Positions 8,250 through 12,828 of a DNA stretch of 12,828 nt are shown one piece after another. A program made the position numbers and the translations under genes. Below the pieces are notes generated by a model, which saw nothing but the letters and a program-made list of their open reading frames with translations, was not told where the DNA came from and did no database searches. The DNA is from Promethearchaeati archaeon (GTDB lineage: Archaea; Asgardarchaeota; Heimdallarchaeia; JABLTI01), in NCBI GenBank assembly GCA_013166835.1, contig JABLTI010000142.1:1-12828 (forward strand), read 5' to 3'. Each line of letters opens with the position of its first letter. Position 1 is the first letter of the stretch.

Positions 8250-9159
8250 GAAAACTCAAACCACATTTTGGACACGCAAGATGGATTGAAAACAAGACTT
8301 CTCCAGAATCCTTTGATTCATCGCTCTCTATGATATCAATATCCTCGATATCATTTTCTTTCATTTTAGGTTCTTTTTTCTGTGCTAGCTGCTTCTTTAT
8401 CTCAGAAGCTTCTGGTGTTGTAATAATAACCAAACCGTCTGAGAGTCCAACAGTATGTTCGATGGACTCAGCTAATCTATCAGTTTCCTCTTTGTCCACA
8501 GTAATTCTATCTATTATTGCCTCTATAGTATGACGATAATAACGAGAGAGAATCATTTCCTCATCTGACATCTCATCAAGACGTTTTATCTCATAATCAA
8601 TTCTTACTCTCGAGTGACCAGCTTCTAATAAACCTTTTAGCTCTTTTTTATATTCACCTTTTCGATCTCGAATTATCGGAGCTAAAATCATAACTTCTCT
8701 GTTCGCATAATTCTTGATGATTTGCTGTACAATATTGTTTACAGTTTGAGCTTTGATTTCTATTTTACAATTGGGACAATTAGGTGTTCCTACTCTAGCA
8801 TATAAAACTCTCATGAAATCATAGATTTCTGTGACTGTACCAACAGTACTTCTGGGATTATAACTAGTAGTTTTTTGACTAATTGATACGGCGGGAGACA
8901 ATCCTTCTATGGAATCAACATCCGGTTTACTCAATTGAGACATGAATTGTCTTGCATAAGCTGAAAGGGATTCAATGTATCTCCTTTGTCCTTCAGCAAA
9001 AATAGTGTCAAAAGCTAAAGATGATTTGCCTGAGCCTGAGACACCAGTTAGGACAACTAATTTATCCCTAGGTATCTCTAGGTTAATATTTTTGAGATTG
9101 TGTTGCCTAGCACCCTTAATGATGATGTGCTCGCGAATATCATCTATAGTCAAAATCAC
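8227..9159 (-). CDS. uvrA: UvrA fragment 1: first ABC N-half and UvrB-binding domain of UvrA unit 1
   Basis: IIIKGARQHNLKNINLEIPRDKLVVLTGVSGSGKSSLAFDTIFAEGQRRYIESLSAYARQF; CPNC; ACPKCGLSF, then out of frame after 8251. The start is GTG 9159 or TTG 9153, downstream of GAGGGT. Confidence 0.88.
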   Translation of the reverse strand: MILTIDDIREHIIIKGARQHNLKNINLEIPRDKLVVLTGVSGSGKSSLAFDTIFAEGQRRYIESLSAYARQFMSQLSKPDVDSIEGLSPAVSISQKTTSYNPRSTVGTVTEIYDFMRVLYARVGTPNCPNCKIEIKAQTVNNIVQQIIKNYANREVMILAPIIRDRKGEYKKELKGLLEAGHSRVRIDYEIKRLDEMSDEEMILSRYYRHTIEAIIDRITVDKEETDRLAESIEHTVGLSDGLVIITTPEASEIKKQLAQKKEPKMKENDIEDIDIIESDESKDSGEVLFSIHLACPKCGLSFQRSWIHC

Positions 9160-9330
9160 ATGACCCTCGACAAGTTTTGATGTTTAATTAATAAGATTTT
9201 AATTAACTTGCTTGAATCATGACTTGGCAAGCTATAATTCATAAATCATAAACTCAAGCTTTCTTCCGAATAGACCTAAATAAAGTCTATTCTTTAGTTT
9301 GAATATTTACCTCAGGATGTAAAGTATAAT

Positions 9331-9344
9331 TTTAAACTGAATAA
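9331..9344 (+). promoter_or_regulatory. Putative TATA-box promoter element for the methyltransferase
   Basis: TTTAAACTGAATAA, 13/14 identical to 10307-10320 upstream of the next gene. Confidence 0.35.
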
Positions 9345-9442
9345 ATAGTCGTGGGTAGGGAGATAGTCGAAAGTATTAAGAAGTGAGCTCGTGTTAAATC
9401 CAAAATGAACACAAGTAATTGCTGGCACAAGGACAGAAGAAA

Positions 9443-10150
9443 ATGGACCTAAATACCATTTATTATGAGGATTGCATTACTAATATCCCTAAACGCATTG
9501 ATGATGATTCCATTGATTTGATAATTGCAGATCCACCGTTTGGTATACGTTTTGATGGGAAGGGAAGTCAATATAATAGGAAAAGTGAATTTGTGGTATC
9601 AGGATATGGTGAGATAAAACAAGCAAATTATCTTGAATTCTCTAAAGCATGGATAAAAGCTATTCATCCAATTTTGAAAGAAACTGGGAGTGCCTATATC
9701 TTTTCAGGATGGACTAATTTAAAAGACATTCTCATAGCAATCGATGATGCTGGTTTCACAACACAAAACCACTTAATATGGAAGTATCAATTTGGAGTAT
9801 TCACAAAAAGGAAGTATGTTACTAGTCATTATCACATATTATTTCTGGTAAAAAATCCTAAAAAATACTATTTCAATAAAATTGATCATTATCCTGAAGA
9901 TGTGTGGGAAATTAAGAGAGAGTATCTCCCCGGTGAAAAGAAGAATTCAACCAAGCTCCCAGATAAGCTTGTTGAAAAACTACTTTTGTATTCCAGTCAA
10001 GAGAATGACATAGTTCTTGATCCTTTTATGGGAAATGGTACAACAGCGGTTGCATGCATAAAACATAAACGAAATTACCTCGGTTTTGAAATCAATCCAA
10101 ATGCAAAAGAAATAATCGATGACAATATTTCCAAAGCTCAAGAAAGCTAA
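9443..10150 (+). CDS. Site-specific DNA methyltransferase, N4-C/N6-A, beta class; orphan within this window
   Basis: Catalytic motif IV (IDLIIADPPF) lies N-terminal to the SAM-binding motif I (DIVLDPFMGNGTT), with STKLPDKLVEKLL and YLGFEIN. ATG 9443 (MDLNTIYYEDC) is preferred over TTG 9419. Confidence 0.9.
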   Translation: MDLNTIYYEDCITNIPKRIDDDSIDLIIADPPFGIRFDGKGSQYNRKSEFVVSGYGEIKQANYLEFSKAWIKAIHPILKETGSAYIFSGWTNLKDILIAIDDAGFTTQNHLIWKYQFGVFTKRKYVTSHYHILFLVKNPKKYYFNKIDHYPEDVWEIKREYLPGEKKNSTKLPDKLVEKLLLYSSQENDIVLDPFMGNGTTAVACIKHKRNYLGFEINPNAKEIIDDNISKAQES

Positions 10151-10155
10151 AGTTG

Positions 10156-10236
10156 TAGGTTCGCTCATGACTCTGTTTACATCATTGAAAGGATTATCCA
10201 TTATCTCTGTAAAGCCTAAGGTAAAGAGCGAACCTA
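10156..10236. repeat. Perfect 11-bp inverted repeat enclosing 59 nt
   Basis: TAGGTTCGCTC (10156-10166) and GAGCGAACCTA (10226-10236), with inner TTTACA (10176-10181) and TGTAAA (10208-10213). Confidence 0.6.
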
Positions 10237-10300
10237 AGTATAATTCATATATCTAATTAAATGAATTTTCTCAAATAAATGCCCTTCAATTGAGACATAG

Positions 10301-10325
10301 GAAAAGTTTAAAATGAATAATTCAT
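10301..10325 (+). promoter_or_regulatory. Putative archaeal BRE/TATA promoter with overlapping palindrome
   Basis: Purine-rich GAAAAG followed by TTTAAAA (10307-10313), with the ATGAA-TAA-TTCAT palindrome at 10313-10325. Confidence 0.4.
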
Positions 10326-10431
10326 CAATTAGTCCAAAACAGAGATAGTCTAAAAAGTGGAATGGCATTGCTACTTATTAATTGAGCATTGATGTTGTTC
10401 AGTTTTGTAACTATCTAAACCAACTATAAGG

Positions 10432-11271
10432 ATGTTAACACAAATGTATACTGGGTTACTCTTTGCATCTGAACCACTATTTTACAGTATATTGTTACTA
10501 GTTTCTCTTGGTTTAGCACTGACAATATTCTTAATGCTTTTCTTTATAACAGTAGGATATGGTCGACACAACAAGGAACGCTGGGGACCTCGAGTAAATA
10601 CTCATCTTGGTTGGTTTGTTATGGAGATCCCTACAATTGTGATTATAGGATTATGCTTTGTTTTTAGCGATAAATGGAGAAGTCCAGTTCATTATGCATT
10701 TCTATTTATTTGGTTCCTCCATTATGCTCATAGAGTGTTCATTTATCCCTTTACCATTAGAAATGGTAAGAAAATGACTCTTACTGTGGTTCTCATGGGT
10801 TTTATTTTCAATATCATTAATGCCTATATTCAAGGCCGTTGGTTGTTTACCTTATCTGATCCAGCATATTCAGGCAGTCTATTATTCCCTATCTCTAACG
10901 TAGATTACTCCTCAGTTAGTTGGTTATATTCACCACAATTTATTATTGGAACACTTCTCTTTTGTTTTGGATTCTTCATAAATAAACAATCGGATCATAT
11001 TTTGAGGAGCTTAAGAAAACCCGGTCAAGAAAATACCTATTGCATACCCAATGGTGGTTTATATAATTGGATTACCTGTCCAAATTACTTAGGTGAAATC
11101 ATGGAATGGATAGGTTGGGCTGTTCTAACATGGTCAATAGCTGGTTTATATTTCACACTGTGGACGGTTGCTAATCTTCTCCCGAGAGCAATTTCGCATC
11201 ATAAGTGGTATAAGGAACAATTCGAAGAGTATCCTGAAAAACGAAAAGCACTAATTCCCTTTTTGTTATAA
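10432..11271 (+). CDS. 3-oxo-5-alpha-steroid 4-dehydrogenase (steroid 5-alpha-reductase, SRD5A1/2-DET2-like) family membrane protein
   Basis: Multi-TM protein with GYGRH, GWFVMEIP, HYAHR, FNIINAYIQ, SDHILRSLRKPG, YCIPNGGLYNWITCPNYLGEIMEWIGWA, NLLPRAISHHKWY and YPEKRKALIPFL. Confidence 0.92.
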   Translation: MLTQMYTGLLFASEPLFYSILLLVSLGLALTIFLMLFFITVGYGRHNKERWGPRVNTHLGWFVMEIPTIVIIGLCFVFSDKWRSPVHYAFLFIWFLHYAHRVFIYPFTIRNGKKMTLTVVLMGFIFNIINAYIQGRWLFTLSDPAYSGSLLFPISNVDYSSVSWLYSPQFIIGTLLFCFGFFINKQSDHILRSLRKPGQENTYCIPNGGLYNWITCPNYLGEIMEWIGWAVLTWSIAGLYFTLWTVANLLPRAISHHKWYKEQFEEYPEKRKALIPFLL

Positions 11272-11353
11272 GAAACGATTTATCTCATTTATTCCTTATT
11301 CTTTATATTTGAGAATGATATAATTATTTTGTGATTTCTAGAGGTTATTAGGA

Positions 11354-11845
11354 ATGTCAACTAAAGAAAGTCCTCGATATCTCGAATTAAGACCGTCAGG
11401 AATTGGGGAAACAATCATAGTTGCTATTGTAGGATTACTATTGATGGCTTTCTTACTTTATATCGGTTTGACTATAAAATATAAGGCCTTAGTGTTAACC
11501 GTGCCTTTTGTGGTTCTTATTGGTCTTTGGTTATTGTTTTATATTCCTTACAAAATTTATTCCTACATGACAAAATCAATTGATGTTTTAACATTTACAG
11601 ATGAAGGCATTGTCATTCATAATAAAAAACTTGACATTCTAGAAACCATTTCTTGGTCTGAAATTATCGATATAATAATTACAAAGGTAGATAGTGATAA
11701 TAAACCAGAGGAAATTTCGGTAATATGTAATAACCGAGCTGAAAAAATAAACCTAAAACTCTACCATACAATCTTTACATCAACAGAAGCAATCTGGGAA
11801 AAGATAGTCAATATATATGAGATGAACAAACAAATATTTATCTAA
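11354..11845 (+). CDS. Hypothetical membrane protein: two TM helices plus a small beta-rich (PH-like) domain
   Basis: 163-aa ORF with GAGG/AGGA upstream, two hydrophobic segments (about residues 20-41 and 46-66), then LTFTDEGIVIH...ISWSEIIDI, a pattern common in prokaryotic PH-like domains. Confidence 0.7.
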   Translation: MSTKESPRYLELRPSGIGETIIVAIVGLLLMAFLLYIGLTIKYKALVLTVPFVVLIGLWLLFYIPYKIYSYMTKSIDVLTFTDEGIVIHNKKLDILETISWSEIIDIIITKVDSDNKPEEISVICNNRAEKINLKLYHTIFTSTEAIWEKIVNIYEMNKQIFI

Positions 11846-11872
11846 AACTTGATATTTTATCAAGATAGGATT

Positions 11873-11896
11873 TACATATCCTATATAGGAAATGTA
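11873..11896. promoter_or_regulatory. 24-bp near-perfect palindrome, candidate operator
   Basis: TACAT-A-TCCTATATAGGA-A-ATGTA; 11 of 12 symmetric pairs match. Confidence 0.45.
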
Positions 11897-12042
11897 TTGA
11901 AGAGGATGGCAAATAATACTTATATAGTAAGCTCTTCTTTTATTGGAAAAAGATTTAACTTGCTAAATATAAGTAAGAAAAGAAAAGTAATAATAGTACT
12001 TTTATCCTATCTTTTCAAAAAACGTTCTTGAAGTTGAAAAAA

Positions 12043-12828
12043 ATGCCAAAAGTAACTTACGAACCAATATCTGCGAAAGATGCTCTCAAGCAGATTAAAG
12101 ATCTCTGTAGTATTATGGTTGATCTCGCATATTCTTCTATTATTTATGAAGATAAAGGGCTCGCAGAGGAGGTAAAGGAACTTAGGGATTTAGCTGTCAA
12201 GCTAAATTATTTATTAACTATGTCATTACAAGTTGCAGTTCGTGATGGTCGAGATGCGCAAGCAACTATCCCTTTAGTTGTTCTTGGTCAAGCAAGTAAA
12301 GACATAGCCAATTCTGCAACAGATATTTCTAATGTTCTCCTTAAAGGGTTCACCGTTCATCAAACCATTAAGGATTTATCTCAAAGAGTTGCTCGAGATT
12401 TAATGAGAGGAAAAATCTCTGAAGATTCAATTCTGAAAGGTTACGCAATTAAAGATATAACAGAAAAAATGAATTATTCCGTTACTATTTATGGTTTAAG
12501 GCAAGACGGAAAATGGATAATTAAACCCGATCAAAGTATTAAGCTAGAGGTTGGTGACTTAATTCTTGCGAGTGGTTCAAGCTCAGGTATTAGTCTTCTA
12601 AAATTGTTGGTTGGAGGAACTGCTGAAGAAATTAGTCCACCAGAAGAGGAAGAAGAAGATCCGAGTATTGAATCTTTATCAGATAACATTGTTGATTATC
12701 TAATCGCATTAAAAGATACCAGTGAAGTTATGGTTGACCTTGCATATGGTGCTGTTCTTTATAATAATAAAGAATTAGCACATCTCGTTACTAATATGGA
12801 GAAACGAGTTGATACCATACGAAATAAA
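12043..12828 (+). CDS. Archaeal PhoU-domain / TrkA-C (RCK_C) domain protein (COG3273-like), repeated architecture, 3'-partial
   Basis: Not in the ORF track because it runs off the window. It reads MPKVTYEPISAKDALKQIKDLCSIMVDLAYSSIIYEDKGLAEEVKEL..., then an RCK_C-like segment (SEDSILKG...IYGLRQDGKWIIKPDQSIKLEVGDLILASG), an acidic linker, and a second PhoU-like repeat (LIALKDTSEVMVDLAYGAVLYNNKELA). Confidence 0.85.
   Translation, partial: MPKVTYEPISAKDALKQIKDLCSIMVDLAYSSIIYEDKGLAEEVKELRDLAVKLNYLLTMSLQVAVRDGRDAQATIPLVVLGQASKDIANSATDISNVLLKGFTVHQTIKDLSQRVARDLMRGKISEDSILKGYAIKDITEKMNYSVTIYGLRQDGKWIIKPDQSIKLEVGDLILASGSSSGISLLKLLVGGTAEEISPPEEEEEDPSIESLSDNIVDYLIALKDTSEVMVDLAYGAVLYNNKELAHLVTNMEKRVDTIRNK

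Larger units (their letters stand above)
3416..9159 (-). pseudogene. uvrA: Double-length (tandemly fused) excinuclease ABC subunit A, interrupted in this sequence by two frameshifting deletions (about 8250 and about 6596); may be intact in the real genome
   Basis: Four Walker A motifs (GVSGSGKSS, GVSGSGKSS, GISGSGKSS, GVSGSGKSS), two copies of 'DTIFAEGQRR.(I/V)ESLS.YARQF' and 'NPRSTVGTVTEI', and UvrA CxxC zinc modules in both halves. The three ORF pieces are collinear and abut. Confidence 0.9.

Noticed and set aside
6558-8258. Programmed ribosomal frameshifting, introns or inteins as the cause of the uvrA splits
   Set aside because: Sequence is missing rather than inserted at both junctions (about 60 and about 95 nt of conserved coding blocks), so recoding or cis-splicing cannot rebuild the protein.
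3416-9159. Two separate uvrA genes, or a collapsed recent duplication
   Set aside because: The units are joined in one open frame through the linker and are strongly diverged in sequence.
4911-9163. Eight short plus-strand ORFs within uvrA
   Set aside because: All are antisense to conserved UvrA coding sequence and have no independent motifs.
9980-10201. 73-aa minus-strand ORF
   Set aside because: Mostly antisense to the methyltransferase C-terminus, with no recognisable family.
10156-10236. SECIS element or C/D-box sRNA reading of the hairpin (ATGA after the stem, AAA inside)
   Set aside because: The stem geometry does not fit an AUGA/GA core, there are no proper RUGAUGA/CUGA boxes, and no in-frame UGA at a catalytic Cys position was seen in neighbouring genes.
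11849-12031. 60-aa TTG-start ORF
   Set aside because: No RBS, composition typical of AT-rich intergenic DNA, and it overlaps the palindrome cluster and probable promoter of the next gene.
1-12828. CRISPR array, tRNA/rRNA, transposase or restriction endonuclease
   Set aside because: No regularly spaced repeats, cloverleaf or rRNA-like GC-rich segments, or matching ORFs were seen by eye; a covariance-model scan was not possible.

Overview
AT-rich window that looks archaeal: it carries a COG3273-type PhoU/TrkA-C gene, TTTAAA-type TATA boxes and T-tract terminators. An Asgard-like host is only a guess. Left to right it contains: a 5'-partial N-acyl-D-amino-acid deacylase broken near 383; a beta-lactamase-fold serine hydrolase; an unannotated 77-codon minus-strand ORF (3067-3300, ATA start) that looks like a free-standing C-terminal glycyl-radical domain of class III ribonucleotide reductase (CPDC...RVVGYF...WNRSK); a double-length, tandemly fused UvrA (about 1,960 aa reconstructed) broken at about 8250 and 6596 by frameshifting internal deletions of conserved blocks; an orphan beta-class N4/N6 DNA methyltransferase; a steroid 5-alpha-reductase family membrane enzyme; a 2-TM hypothetical protein; and a 3'-partial PhoU/TrkA-C protein. 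The intergenic spaces hold several inverted repeats and palindromes, plus a promoter motif shared by two adjacent genes. No rRNA, tRNA, CRISPR array or transposase was recognised. All family calls come from motif recognition by eye, not database searches.
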